Of a stretch of DNA of 64,000 bases, positions 1 to 15,585 are shown one piece after another. The stretch's first letter is position 1, and each line of letters opens with the position of its first letter. The position numbers and the translations under genes were made by a program. The stretch lies in NCBI RefSeq assembly GCF_009914755.1, contig NC_060925.1; one strand, 5' to 3'. The notes below the pieces were generated by a model. It was not told where the DNA came from, searched no databases, and worked only from the letters and a program-made list of their open reading frames with translations. The DNA is from the human T2T-CHM13v2.0 reference genome, Homo sapiens.

Positions 1-459
1 TGGGCTGGAGAAGTCCCAAGGCCTACCCTTCCCAAACCCCTCATCGAAGGGTCGTCGCCTCGTCCAGTCTCTCTGGGTGGCCATGCTTGGTTTTATGTAA
101 CTCTGGCCTAGGGCATCCCACTGACTCTATGAGGAGTGACCCCCTGACCCAAAAGGCAGCCAAATCTTGAGCAGACAAAAACACATACATTACAGGATAA
201 AAAGATAAGCTGGCCCAAATTCTGTCAGTAACTTGAAATAATGGTAACTAAGTAATATCAGGAAAGAAGAAATAAGGATGCAAGATGCCAAACAAAATCT
301 TTATGAAATACTTTTGATCATGAACTTATCTGCTAAATCATCCCTCAAGTAGAAACAGGAGCCCAGAGCTTCTCTCACAGAACCTCCCTTTGGACATCTT
401 CCATAGTGATCCCCCAAAATGTACCACCTTAAAACATGGCTTAAGAAACTACTGACTGA

Positions 460-766
460 GGCTGGGCACAGTGGCTCATGCCTGTAATCCCAGCACTTCA
501 GGAAGCCAAGGCAGGCAGATCACTTGAGGTGAGGAGTTCAAGACCAGCCTGGCCAACATGGTGAAACCCCATCTCTACTAAAAATACAAACATCAGCTGG
601 GTGTGGTGGCAGGCACCTGTAATCCCAGCTACTTGGGAGGATGAGGCAGGAGAATCACTTCAACTGGGGAGGCGGAGGTTGCAGTGAGCTGAGATGGTGC
701 CACTACACTCCAGCCTGGGCAACTGAGCAGGACTCTGTCCCAAAAAACAAACAAACAAACAAAAAC
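460..766 (+). mobile_element. Alu (AluS-like)
   Basis: Dimeric Alu consensus, (AAAC)n tail, flanked by AAACTACTGAC. Confidence 0.95.
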
Positions 767-768
767 TA

Positions 769-1155
<387 letters not shown>

Positions 1156-1159
1156 TTAT

Positions 1160-1980
1160 GCATTCATTTGGCGCCCTATTTATTGAATATCTAACTAAGT
1201 GCTAGGTCCTGTGATAGTCACAGAATAAGACAGATTAGGTCTTGCTCTCAAATTTATTTTATTGGAGAAAGGCAAACAAGAGTTTGCCCCCTAGTTCCTC
1301 CCACTTTCTTTCTTTGTGCTGAGAAACACAGGGTGCCTTCACAGTTCTGTGACCTGGACAGCTGCAAGTTTTGCCTTGAAGGCTTGAGCCCAAGCTGAGG
1401 GCTTAGCCATTCCCAGGCACTGCTGAAATACTGCAAGACCAAATGTGGCAAAACTCACAGAAACTGGTTCCGACCACGAATCGAATTCCTCAAACCCTCA
1501 TATAAACTCTATAACCTGACCCCTCCTCATAGACACATCTAGGTAGAACATCTCTTGTCTCAATGTCTATCGCAAGTGTGGTACAGCCCTCTGTGTGTAA
1601 GTTCCCCTAATAAATGCTTTTTTTGCCCTGCTGTTTAGTGCTTCTTTCTTTGGAATCCTAATCAGCACCACCTCAGGACTAAGTCAGTCCCTTGCAGGAA
1701 CACTCCTACCACCATTGCTTTTGGGGTAAATCCATCTGAGAGCCGGCCAGACAGAACAAGTAAACAAACCAACAAGGTAATTTCAGATGATAATCAGTGC
1801 CATAAAAACAATAAAGATATGAAAACTGAGCAGTATCTTAGAAAATGACTAAGAAGGAAAAGGGGTGGGGCCTGAATAAAATGGTAAGAAAAACCTCCCA
1901 GAATAGGTGCCATTCGAACACCTGACAAAAAATGAGTCAACCACTCAGGGATACAGCACAAAGCCATCAAATCAAAAAGA
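1160..1980 (-). mobile_element. L2 3'-end relic interrupted by an LTR-like element (~1285-1757)
   Basis: cattcatt...tatttattgaatatcta...gtgctagg L2-type end resuming near 1760; insert has TATAAA and AATAAA. Confidence 0.5.
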
Positions 1981-3882
1981 GTCCACAATCCACACTCAAC
2001 AGTACTATGGACCACAGAGAATGTCAGAAATGTTTAAAACTGTTTTCTCCCTCAAGAGGCTTAAATTCCATTTGGGGAGGTAAATTAACTCAGGAAACAA
2101 ATTTTATGAAACTGCAGAGACTTCAGCTGAAGGCCAGAGATGCCCTGGGAACAAATGGAAATGCAGTGCGGCCCACCGGTCATGTTCCCTCAAAGGCCAA
2201 GTTAGTGCCTCTGGTATTCTCATTCTGGTACCTATGCTGCTGGAAATAGTATACAAACTATGCCTTTAAGCTTTCCAAATTGGAACCTGAAATTTTAAAA
2301 ATCTTAATTAGTCCACACTTACGAAATACGAAGGCTTCCAGGCACACTGTCTGTTTGCTGTTCTGGAAAATCTAGTCCTTGAATTGCATTTCCTTCACTT
2401 ACCTGTGAGGTTCCTTGACTTCTTCCCACTCTTGCAGCCTTCTCAGCCACGCTGATTCACAGCTGCTGCTTCCCTCTGAGGGACCACACGCCTGCTCTCA
2501 CCCAGAATCCTCTAGCAGTTTCTTTTTCTAGAAACAGCTGAAGAACTGCTGAGTAGAAAGAGTCTGCAAACTATCCCGACTGCACTGTATTATTCCATCA
2601 GTGTGTGGAGCAACTGAAAAGTTACTTGGCTATATCAGATGTTAAGAACTGAGCACAAGCTTCCCAAATGTGTGTTCACTATAAAGAGGAAAGCCAGCAG
2701 ACCTCTTCCAACTGAGACTCTGAAGAGAAGGCTGCAAGAGATTTCTGTGGCGCTGACATCAGATCTACTACATCATGTCCCAGCCTCCACGGGGCAACAA
2801 GAAAGTAAAGATCAAACCACCTGAGCTGCCAGATAAGGAACGCCTTTCTCTATAAATAACTTACTGATGTGAAGAGGCTTTTCTGGGATAAAACAAGTAG
2901 AAAAGTTATATATTGTACAAAAAGAATGGTCAAGAGAAAGATGGTGTAAAAGCAAGAAAAATCTTGACCCTCCCAGAAGCCACTGGCTGTTTTTGACCAC
3001 CCATTGACAGTGAATTGCAAATGGCCATCAGCACTCTTTTTGCTTTAAAAAAAAAAAAAAGAAAAGAAAAGCCAATTTATGCCATTAGATGAAAATCCAA
3101 GTATCATCACCTATTTTCAATGCAAAATGCAAACTGTCTAAATAGCCACCTAATGAACCCTGCCCTAACATGTTCCCACAATCCAAATCCAGTTAGTGAC
3201 TGGAAATTATCCACAGGACGACAACTCCAGGAAGCAGTTGCCTCCTGGCTAAACCAAGAAGACTTAGGAGTACTAGTTTCTACACCTAGAATCCACTTTT
3301 CTCTCCTTTTCAAACCTGTCTAAGCCAACTCCAAATTCACTCCAAATTCTCCTCCTTAGCATTATCAACTGACAGGTTCCATCACGCATGCTTCCTTCGC
3401 AGTTCACACTTACTATGCCAAATGCACTGCTTTCTTGTGAAACACATCTAACGTATGTCCTGCCCTTCCCACAGAAATCTGCACATGCTGAGGGAAAGAA
3501 CTCAGATCCTGTCTTAAAGATGCTGCTACCATTCATTTAATCCCTTCCTCTAAAGGTGCCTACTATAAAATGATACGTAAGGTGAGGGTTTAATAAACTT
3601 TGGCTTAACACACTGAAAGGAAACAAAGATTTTTATAGAAGGAAAAAACACTGTAATGCTAATGTGAAGTAGTACCTTCACAGTAAAGACATTTTACAGT
3701 ACTTCCCTCCTCAATGAAAAGGAACAAAGAAATACAACTGAAAACATCAACAATTTAACTAAATCACAGGCCATTTCATGTTTAGCAACTTGTCTTTAAA
3801 ACCCTCCCTACTACACTTCCACCCTAAATGCATTTACATGCAAGACATAACAGGCTCCTGCCCTTCCAAACCAGCAAAAGGT

Positions 3883-4343
<461 letters not shown>

Positions 4344-4880
4344 AGTCATCTTTGCGCAGAGTTCTACTTTTACACCCTATCCTAGGAGAATCAAACTTAA
4401 TCATATTTGCGTGGAGATAATCCATGTTTGTTTAAGAAAATGAACAGAAATTCAATTCATAAATTTAGTTCTAAATCATTAAAATACAAATACATGTAAA
4501 ACGTGTTGAAACTGTTCTTACCTACAATCGCCATGTAATCTCTTCTATCATTCTACTCTGTTTTGGTATTCTTCACATGTTTTTCCATCTGAGATATGCA
4601 ATAGTTCTCCTAATCCCAAGAAATGGCTACAACCTTGGGGTCATTACTACTCAGGAACTGGGCTGTTTGTGGATCTCATTCTGTGCTGAATGGTGCGACT
4701 GGTTTCAGACATGTCCAACTGTGGCAGAGAGTGCTTGTTCCCCATTCAACGTCCATTCTCCCCATTTTCCATAATAACAGAGCACCTACGTTACTGGAGC
4801 ACAGTAAACCAAAGTTGTTAGGCACGGCTACTGGAAAAGCTCTGGAATGGGCCTAAAATAGCTTTTGCTGTGTGCCCCTC

Positions 4881-5249
4881 TGATAAGGGTCAGCTGTGTC
4901 CCCACCCAAATCTCATCTTGAATTGTAGCTCCCATAATTCCCATGTGTTGTGGGAAAGAGCCAGTGGGAGGTGACTGAATCATGGGGGTGGGTCTTTCGT
5001 GTGCTGTTCTTGTGATAGTGAATACGTCTCATGAGATCTGATAGTTTTATAAAGGGGAGTTCCCCTGCACACGTTCTCTTGCCTGCCACCATGTAAAACA
5101 TGACTTTGCTCCTTATTTGCCTCCTTATTTGCCATGATTGTGAGGCCTCCCCAGCCATGTGCAACTGTGAGCCAATTAAACCTCTTTCCTTTATAAATGA
5201 CCCAGTCTCAGGTATGGCTTTATTAGCAGCATGAGAACAGACTAATACA
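4881..5249 (+). mobile_element. THE1 (MaLR) solo LTR
   Basis: TGATA...gctgtgtccccacccaaatctcatcttgaattgtag...CTAATACA; 5-bp TSD CCCTC. Confidence 0.93.
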
Positions 5250-6493
5250 CCCTCCTTCAGCTGCCTGGCTGGGATGGAGGACCAGTGTCCCACAATCCAC
5301 TGCAGAGCAGTGATTTTTACAATGTTAAACGGCTAGAAAAGTTTCTAAACAGATACTTTCAGCTTCTCTATTCATCTCCTGGTGGACTGGTAGCAAACAG
5401 TCCTATTGGTGAGCCACCATTTGAATAGCACTGGTCTAGAGCATGGACTTTAGGGGCTGTGGCTCCAGCCACCATCTGGGACCATGGCGAGACCTTGAGA
5501 AGAAAACCATGCACCGGGGCAGACAGGAGGAGACTAGATACCTGAGGTTTAGGTCACTCTACCAACCCGGGGCAGCACACCCTGAAAACACCTCATTTTA
5601 TATGAGAACATAGATGTTTATCTTAAACAACTACGATTTGGGGTTATATAATAAACAGCCAATCCGAACAACAACTGACGCTCCCATTTTGCAGACCACT
5701 ACAAAAATGTCACAGCACTACATTATCGCTTTTTATTCTCACATGAGAATAACCCTATGAAGCATGTAGCATGGGTATTATTTTGGTTTGACAGCTATGG
5801 AAACTAATGTCCTAAAAGGTTAAATAGCTTGTCTAAAGTAACACAGCCAGCAAGTATAGACCCACAAACAAAAGCCAGCTAGGTACCCTTTCCAAAACAA
5901 CTCACCTCTCCATGAAGTGAAATCATCTCATCACGACTGTACATAAAATACGCTGTAAATGATCAGAGGTGTGTACTTACAACAAACTACATAAAATGTG
6001 TATGCCACTGGGTAGAAAGATACAACAAAAATGTCACAGTCAACTAGTTAATATAAAATCAGATTTAATGGCTACAGTGAGAATGTACTGCATTTTACAG
6101 TGGTAACAAAGCATCTGTGAAAGTAGACAGAGGCGCAGAAACCACAGACAATTTTTATAATAATTTAGCCAGCAATATAGCAAGTGAACTATGAGCAAAT
6201 ACTACAATATAGTCTCAACATTTGAGCCTCTACATATAACATATAGTCTCAACTAATACTAGATGTAAATACAATCTATTAATAAATAATAATGTTTAAG
6301 ACAGTTTGAATAATAATGTCATGGTTAATAGTAACATATTATCCTTTAGCATAAATAAGACTTCTGAGAATCACTGGCAATCAGATGCGCTCTGAACCAT
6401 TCTTTTGATGGTAAAGAAGGTTGGCAGAGAGCCATCCCCACTCACTTCCAGGAGGCCCTGATGAGCAAAAGCATATTATTAAAAAGCTGCGGG

Positions 6494-6792
6494 GGCCAGG
6501 CACAGTGGCTCACACCTGTTAATCCCAGTGCCTTGGGAGGCCAAGGCAGGAGGATCATTTGAGGCCAGGAGCCTGATACCAGCCTGGGCAACATAGTGAG
6601 ACTTCATCTCTACAAAACATTACAAAATTAGCCAGGTGTGGTGGCATGTGCTTGTGTGGTCCCAGCTACTCAAAAGGCTGAGGCAGGAGGATCGCTTGAG
6701 CCCAGGAGCTTAAGGCTGCAGTGCTCTATGATCACACCACTCATTCCAGCCTAGGTGACAGAGCAAGACCGTGTCCAAAAAAAAAAAAAAAA
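6494..6792 (+). mobile_element. Alu (AluJ-like)
   Basis: Dimeric Alu, TSD AAAAAGCTGC. Confidence 0.93.
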
Positions 6793-7061
6793 AGCTGCTG
6801 GTTTGGATCTACCATGTTATCTGTGACTGTGGACTAACTTTTCTTTGGGTAAAATTTCTTTGCCTATGTGGGTATCAACCATTTTATTTCATCTGAAAAA
6901 AAAAATGCTAAAGCATTTGTCCATATCCATACTTAACTGTTAAATATTAAACAGAAAAGTTATATTTATCATTAAATGCCAATAAAAACTTTTCTGTTGT
7001 CCTGAATATTTTGTTACAACATTAAAAAAAGTACACACACACAAGAAAAATTCAGACAAAC

Positions 7062-7190
7062 TTTAATGTATTTTATTATTAATGTTTTATTTTTATGTAT
7101 TATTTTAATGTATTTATTTTTATGTATTTATGTATTTTATGTATTTATTTTAATGTATTATTTTAATTGTATTTTATTATGTACATATTT
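7062..7190. repeat. AT-rich low-complexity repeat (ATGTATT(A/T)TTTT-like units)
   Basis: Degenerate repeats of atgtattttat. Confidence 0.85.
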
Positions 7191-7588
7191 TCCTGTCATA
7201 TTTTCCCTTCAGAAACAAACTGCCAAAGAAAAAAGATGAAAAAGCATGTTTAAGCAATATTTAATTGCTCCTAGCATTTAAACATGTTATAAAAATCCTT
7301 AAAGATCATTAGTAAAAATGAGTTCTTACAATACCTATCCACTAGTACACTATACAAAAAACAATTAATGGAAGGAGGAGTGGTTAGAGGGATGTATTGG
7401 TAGAGATATAGATATATTTTAAAAAAGGATGCATCAACTCAAATAATATAGGAAAGAAGAAATGCAATTCCCACTAACTCTGCAAATGACCCTCAAACCT
7501 TACACAGGCACAAGGCTACAATGAAGAAAGCAAGTAAGTTTTGGAGTGACTCCTTCAGGGCACTAATCCCCAAAAGTTTATACCAGCT

Positions 7589-7816
7589 CAGGCTTCAGCA
7601 AACTACAGGCCCACAGGCCATGTCCAGACACCACCTGGACTCTACTGATCCACTAGAAATAAAGTGATTCAGTAAAATAAAGTTTCACTGAAACACGGCT
7701 ACACAGTCATGCTCATTTGTTTACAAATTGTCTATGGCTAAGTTGAGTAGTTGCCATACAGAAAATAAAACTGAAAAAACTATCTGGCCCCTAATAGGAA
7801 AAGCTTGCTGTCCCTG
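7589..7816 (+). mobile_element. MER58A-like hAT-Charlie MITE
   Basis: cagg..cagcaaactacaggcccacaggcca ... tatctggccc...gaaaagcttgctgtccctg termini. Confidence 0.75.
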
Positions 7817-8134
7817 AGTACAAAAATAACCAATAGTAAGAATGTTCAGAATCAGCTGGCTGAGCAGCAGCAAAAAACAGGATAGCTCTCCTCTAGAAAC
7901 TGGTAGGAGCAAGCTTTCTGCCTCATAAACACTTTGCTGTGTATACACATGTAGTCTTAATTCATGAGACATAAGATTTGTCTTTTAAAAAGTTGACCCA
8001 AATACAAACCATCTCCAATCAGTTTCTCAGACACAAGTCAGAATATGACATTAAAATCCAGTGAATTGCACTGATATTTTCTCTTACAGACAAACCTAGT
8101 CTGTAGGAAAATAAATTACTCTTTCTCTCTCTCT

Positions 8135-8431
8135 TTTAATTTAACTAAGGGTCTTGCTCTGTTACCCAGGCTGGGGTATAGTAGTACAATCATAAGCTCA
8201 CTATAACCTGGACCTCCTATGCTCAAGCAATTCTCTTGTCTGTGGCCTCCCAAGTAGTTGGGACTATAGCCACAAGCTACCATGTCTGGCTTTTTTTTTT
8301 TTTTTTTTCTGGTAGAGACAAGGTCTTGCTAAGTTGCCAGGGCTGGTCTCAAACTCCTGGCCTCAAGTGATCCTCCCATCTCCAGCTCCCCAAAGTGCTG
8401 GGATTATAGGTGTGAGCTAACACACCTGGCC
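8135..8431 (-). mobile_element. Alu (AluJ-like)
   Basis: Reverse-complement Alu, diverged. Confidence 0.9.
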
Positions 8432-8711
8432 AGAAAACAATTTTCTCTAATGAATTAACTGAAAAGATTTACCACACAGCGTGTCTATCTTTGGAAACAG
8501 CGCTGCCACAAGGTACCTGGTGGTGTTCAAGTACAAATCCCCCTGACCTGCAAGAAATTTCACCTTTAATAATCTTTAAGAAAGGTCAAAAGCATTAACA
8601 TGACAGATGCCCAGGGCACGAGCCAATAAAAGGAAAAGTTAACTGGGTTATCTCTCTCATATGTAGTTAAAACAGCAAATGCTTAATCATTTAATTTGTA
8701 CTGATGCTGAT

Positions 8712-9011
8712 TTTTTTTTTTTTTTTGAGACAGGGACTTCCTTTGTCACCCAGGCCAGAGTGCAGTGGCGTGATCGTGGCTCACTGCAGCCTCAGCATCC
8801 CAGGTTCAACTGATCCCTCTGGCCTCAGCCTCCTAAGCAGCTGGGACTAGAGGTGTGTGCCACCATGCCCAGCTAATTTTTATATTATTTATAGTGACGG
8901 GGTTTTGCCATGTTGCCCAGGCTGGTCTCGAACTCCTGAACTCAAGCAATCCACCCGCTGCCTCAGCCTCCCAAAGTGCCAGGATTACAGGTGTGAGCCA
9001 CTGTGCCCAGC
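8712..9011 (-). mobile_element. Alu (AluJ-like)
   Basis: Reverse-complement Alu; TSD CTGATGCT. Confidence 0.93.
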
Positions 9012-11565
9012 CCCTGATGCTAATTTTTAAATGGACATTTGAATTCTCAAAGAAATTTGTGTTGCCTCTTGTCAAACCAGGTCACTGAAATGATAACCCA
9101 CACAATAAGCCAATGAGAAGGAAAAAATATATGGGATTGGAAAACAGAATGAAAATCAACATTAAAATTCCATAATTAAAACACGCAGATAGAAAAGAAT
9201 TTATCTGACAACGTGCTAAGAACCCCCTGTCCTGTGTTTGCTGTCATGGGGAGGGAAGAATGTCTGCAGCACAGGCTTTCCCAGTCTGATTCACAGCCCT
9301 GTTATATATGAATGTGCACACTCGAAACAAGATCTGATCTGGACAATAGTCAAGTCTCTAAAAGCAAGGGAGTTCAATTAATTTTTTAAATAAACATTTC
9401 ACTGGATTTTTTTTTTTAATGATCAATCCTGTTGACAGTTTTCCCGTCCATCTTCCAGAAGAACTCACTACTCAACCAACTGCCTGGTATTCAGCTGTGA
9501 CTGTGAGGATGGATAACTATATTTCCTTAAGAAATAGCAGGAAGGTATCTCATCCAAGCAGAAAATAAGACCAACAGTTGTCCAGGTCTCAGTGGTTCTG
9601 CATTTCTTCCTAAAAGAGAAATATGTCTCTAAACATCTCTTTCCCACCTCATGGGGTTGGGGGAAGCAATATGCTCAGAAAAATTTTAACTACTCCAGGC
9701 AGCTGAATAAAACAAGCTGAAAACCCTAGATGTGTTCTCCACATTACTGTGACAGAATGCAAGTGTGTATTCGAAAGATTTCCTCGCTGGAATTATAAAG
9801 CGTACAGCAAGCCAGCCTGCTGTACTGCCACCTCGCTCTTGCTCCCAGACTCCCTCCCATGGACTAAGCAGGAACGAACATACGAGCTGTGAATCTGGTA
9901 GGGGAAACAGGAAACATCCAACCAGGAACACACTGGAGAGAAGAGAAAACAGTTAACCACCTATGAGAAGATGGCGCTGATTCCAGCAGGTGACAGGTGG
10001 GATGTGAAGGGCATTCCCGGCCCTCCAGCAGAAGCAACGTCACGGAGCTGGGTGCTGGGTGGGTTGCACCGTTCTGAGGCAGCACGGGTCTCTCCAATGA
10101 CTCTCACACAGGAACCAGACCTGACTCTGTTTCTTCCAGGACGGTCCTCCCTCACTCCACAGCCTCTCATGGCAGCTGGACACCCACCAGGGCTGGATTC
10201 CACACACAGAAACCACATCCAATGCTCTGTTACTAGAAGTCGACCATCTGGATTTCAAAGACCTCTGTCTCTCTCTGTCCTTTGTTAATCAGTCTCCCTT
10301 CCCACTCAACCCTCTCCCCTCCATGCCAGAGAAAAGGATTTTTAAATCTGATGAGTTTTTCAGGGAAGCAGAAATGTGAGATTACACTGTTCTTTAGCCT
10401 CACCTCATGGTTTTGCTACAGAGATCAACGTCTTCTAACACAGCTTTGCCCATACTCTTCCTGAGGCTGAACCAAAAAATCTTTCATGAACAGTACTGTC
10501 TCCACCAGCAGAATGTAAATATACCACAGCACTGACTTCAAAACACTGAAGTAGAGAGTCTTAACTCTCCTTAGACAGAAGGCAGAAGGCTGCAAACATC
10601 CCCCAGCAGACTGCAATTGTGCTGTTCCAACTGACAAGCCCAGTAAGCACTGCCCATGACAGGACCTCCTGCAGAACTTCTCCCAGCCTGGCGGACAGCG
10701 GGGCAGGGGTCACCCTCAGAGGCTCGCCTTCTCTTTGCTCCCTAGCCATCACACTACACTGGGATGAGACACAACAAGCACCCAAATGACACAGTGACCA
10801 TTTCTTTTGGTCACTGAGGTTCACGAGATGGGCTGTTTTTCTATTTCAATCGAGGAGCTGAAATCCTACCAGCCACCTAACAATTAACAACCCCAACCCT
10901 GTCCACGGTTAAAATCAACGAAAAAAGCAAGGCCAACTTCTTGTATAACTTCCTTCATACGGGAAAAACATCAAGTTCAACGTGTGTTAATCAAGTGTCA
11001 GGTCAATGTACCACGCAAATATATTTGATGTTTTTTGCTAAGGCCAATACTAAACTGTTAAACACAGAGAATATGAGGAAAAACAAGGTTAAAAAAAGTG
11101 TATAGATGTCCAACCCTCTTTTAATAATTCCAAAAAAACACAAAGCTACTTAGGCAAAAATAAATCACAAATCTATTCAGGAGCACTGTAAAACGGAAGA
11201 GAATTATCTAAAGGGATTCACCGGCTACTGACTAATTTTAATATGAAATGCCTCACAAATCTCCCTGTGCCACCGACAAATCACCAGCTGAGGCAAATCC
11301 CAGATAATGAAACATTGTAAGAAGGGCTCTTTTTAATAGTTTAGCCCATCAAGGAGTGAGTATTGATTCTTATTTTCAGCAGAAGGAGACAGTCTTATCT
11401 CCAGCCTTACAGCTCAGTGACAACATCAGAGAATTTAATCACAGAGCCTTTTCTGCCATGCAATCCTTAAACTGTCACCTAGGATTCTGTGCCATTCCTC
11501 ATCCATTTGTAGAGAAACTCCTGGTCTCACAGATGTGTCTGCCTACTTAAACCACAGTAACCATA

Positions 11566-11923
11566 TTATATGGTTGGCTGTGTCCCACCCAAATCTGACT
11601 TTGAACTGTAATAATGCCCACGTGCCAAGGACGGGGGCTGGGTGGAGATAAATGGATCACGGCGGCGGTTTCCCTCACACTGTTCTCATGGTAGAGAATA
11701 CGTCTCACAACATCTGATGGTTTCATAAATGGGAGTTTCCCTGCACAAACTCTCTTGTCTGCCACCATTTAAGATGTGCCTTTGCTTCTCCTTTGCCTTC
11801 CACCATGATTGTGAGGCCTACCCAGCCACATGGAACTGTGAGAGTCCATTAAACCTCTTTCCTTTATAAAAATCACCCAGTCTCCGTATGTCTTAATTAG
11901 TGGCCTGAGAACAGACTAATACA
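11566..11923 (+). mobile_element. THE1/MST (MaLR) solo LTR
   Basis: atatggttggctgtgtcccacccaaatc...CTAATACA; TSD CCATA. Confidence 0.92.
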
Positions 11924-12322
11924 CCATAGCAGCACTTCAAGTCCTACAGATTAAACACATCTATCTATCAATTACCATTTGCCAGCTGTTTTTCTTTAAG
12001 AATTTTTTAACAATTCATCAGATATCTTTGTGCATTTCCAACTTGTTTGTTAAGAAATCTGCTCAGTATCTTAAGAGCAGATTGAAAATCATAATAATAG
12101 CTGTGCCAATTCTCTGGACATCTGTGGATATTTGTAATATATCCAAGACAATGCCAGTAACAAAAGAAAAAGCCAGGGGGAAGTGATAGCGAAATCAGTC
12201 ATTATTTCCTTATCCTGACATAGGAAGATCAGAAAGTCCCCCACCTTCCAGAGAAAATTAACCAAATACTAAAGTTAGCAGTAATATTAATTCAAAAGTG
12301 TCCCTGCATCTTTAAATACTAA

Positions 12323-12979
<657 letters not shown>

Positions 12980-13184
12980 TGAGAGGAATGTTCCCCAATC
13001 CAGTTACACTACCCTACTATCCATTATCACTGTTGCTGTGAATAATTAGTACCCCCTTCCAGGGAGTGGGGGGTACAGACCACGTGACAGTGGGTGTCAC
13101 TGTGGTGACAAGACTGTTTGAGAGTGGGAGGTGGGAGCAATCATTTATGCTGGTAATTTGCCTTAAGATGTTATTCCCAAACAT

Positions 13185-13244
13185 CCTTCCATGATCCTTT
13201 GGATTGAGATACCTTAATCCCAACTGCCTTCATGTCCAAGGTCA

Positions 13245-13296
<52 letters not shown>

Positions 13297-13358
13297 CTTC
13301 CTTCCATGATCCTTTGGATTGAGATACCTTAATCCCAACTGCCATCATGTCCAAGGTC

Positions 13359-13402
<44 letters not shown>

Positions 13403-13414
13403 GACACACATCTT
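13185..13414. repeat. Two-copy tandem duplication (~115 bp unit), each copy ending in (CA)n
   Basis: 60-nt unique part at 13185-13244 and 13300-13359 with one mismatch. Confidence 0.95.
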
Positions 13415-13720
13415 CTATTAGAGAGAACCGAAGGCATTTGACAGCTGCCTTTTTAGGTCCTTCTGCCTTTCCATCCAAACTATCCATCGTTAACAAGGCC
13501 CTATGGCAGTGCAGCAGCGCTCTCCATTCTAATCAGGCATCGAAGAGAAACTTCACTGTCTGTAGGCTGCAACCAAGGGCAGCAGCCTCACAACAAAAGT
13601 GCACCCTTTGTGTGGCAATCATTTACCTGTTGTAAAAGCACAGTACCCTTCTCTCTAATAAAAATTCGAAAGGCCAAAAATCAGCATTACATAATGGCCA
13701 AACATAAAGAAATGAAAAGC

Positions 13721-14041
<321 letters not shown>

Positions 14042-15379
14042 TCACGCTATGTTCACTGGAAAATTTATATGCATGTATATGTTTTATAAGTTATAGAAGC
14101 CCATAAGAATTCCAATAGTTCAGGGGAAAAAAAAAGAAAAAAAAAAAAACTAAACTTGAGCTATATACCGATGTCTACCCACTAAAATTACTAAAACTAT
14201 AGCCAGGAATACTTGTTTGGTTTCGTGCCCCTCTCCTTTACAACGGAGGTAGAAAGCAAGGTGGAGAGACACCCAACAGTCACTTCCGTTTTAAAAAACA
14301 AAAACAAAACCAAAAAACTTACACACAGCAGATTTTTCTGGCTAGTATTGGCCAATCTTTCTCTTGACAGTATTAAGTGCTATCCTTTGTGTTAACAGTC
14401 CCATGCATTTAATTTATTGGTTTAAAAGAAATATTTCTTCATCTGATTAAAAAAAAAATCAATCTGACTTTTCTGTCTTGTAATTAAAACAAACTATCAA
14501 TACAATGGATAGGGGGCAATTTCTCTGAACCAGGAGCTGTTCCAGACACTGGGGACAAAAAGGTGAATGAAACACAGCCCCTTCTCTTAATCTAGCTAAG
14601 AGGACAGACACATACAGAGGCATGATGTGAGAATGATGCTGGCTGACAGCGCCTCTCAGGCAGAAGCGAGAGATGACTGGAAGTGGGAGGTGGAGAGGAG
14701 AGGCTCACTTTTATTTTTCATTTCAATGTATACCTTAATATTTTTAACATCCATTTTTGGAATTACATGTTTTACAACTTCATTAATAGAGTTCAGAGGC
14801 ACAAGATTTTGGCTCTAAGTTTACATATAACTAAGTAGTACTACCATAATTATCACAAGCTGGTAAATAAACAAGATGGCCTCAATGTGCCAAGGGCACA
14901 TTTATGCCAAACAAAGGCAAAGTCACTTCATGGCAAGCTGTATTTACACTGATGGTTTCTGAGTGGCAATAACTGAAAGAAAAGCAACAGGAAAACCGAG
15001 TCATTACAAGGAATCCAGCCGTCTACACAAACCAGGCACCATCCCAGCATCCAAGAACATGGGCCATAAGGAAGCAGTAACAGTTACATCACAAGCGGCT
15101 ACTTATTTCACAACATCATCGCCCAGTCTATTAAATTAATGTTGGTAGTCAGAACTTTATTGGTTTTGTAGTTTGGTTTGAAATTAATTTATAAACTGCC
15201 TTTTATAGCTGCATTAGGGATATAAGCACACAAATTATACCTAATTTGTGTATTGGGGAAGGGAGGAAATTAAGTAATATAGAAGAACACAAAAACTATT
15301 TTTGAAGTAAACATACTCAAGTTTCAAAAACATGAAAGACCCTGGAACTGCATCAGAAGTTCCACATCCTCAACATAAG

Positions 15380-15585
15380 CAACATAAGGAGGAGACCCTG
15401 TCTTTACAAAAAATTTTAAAATTAGCAGGGCATGGTGGCCCGTGCCTGTAGTCCCAGCTACTCAGGAGGTTGAGACAGAGAGGCCGAGGCTGTAGTGAGC
15501 CCTGAACATGCCACTGTACTCTAGGTGGGTGACAAAGCGAGACCCTGTCTCAAAAAAAAAAAAAAAAAAGAAAAGAAAAAAGAAG
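15380..15585 (+). mobile_element. 5'-truncated Alu
   Basis: Partial Alu; TSD AGAAGTTCCACAT. Confidence 0.88.

Noticed and set aside
4516-4524. Minus-strand donor TAG|GTAAGA (also AAG|GTAAGT near 52396)
   Set aside because: No convincing paired acceptor or RERE-frame peptide; such matches are frequent in long introns.
4970-4983. DUX4 site in the THE1 LTRs
   Set aside because: Both copies deviate from TAATTGAATCA (TGACTGAATCA here; TAAATGGATCA in the second LTR).
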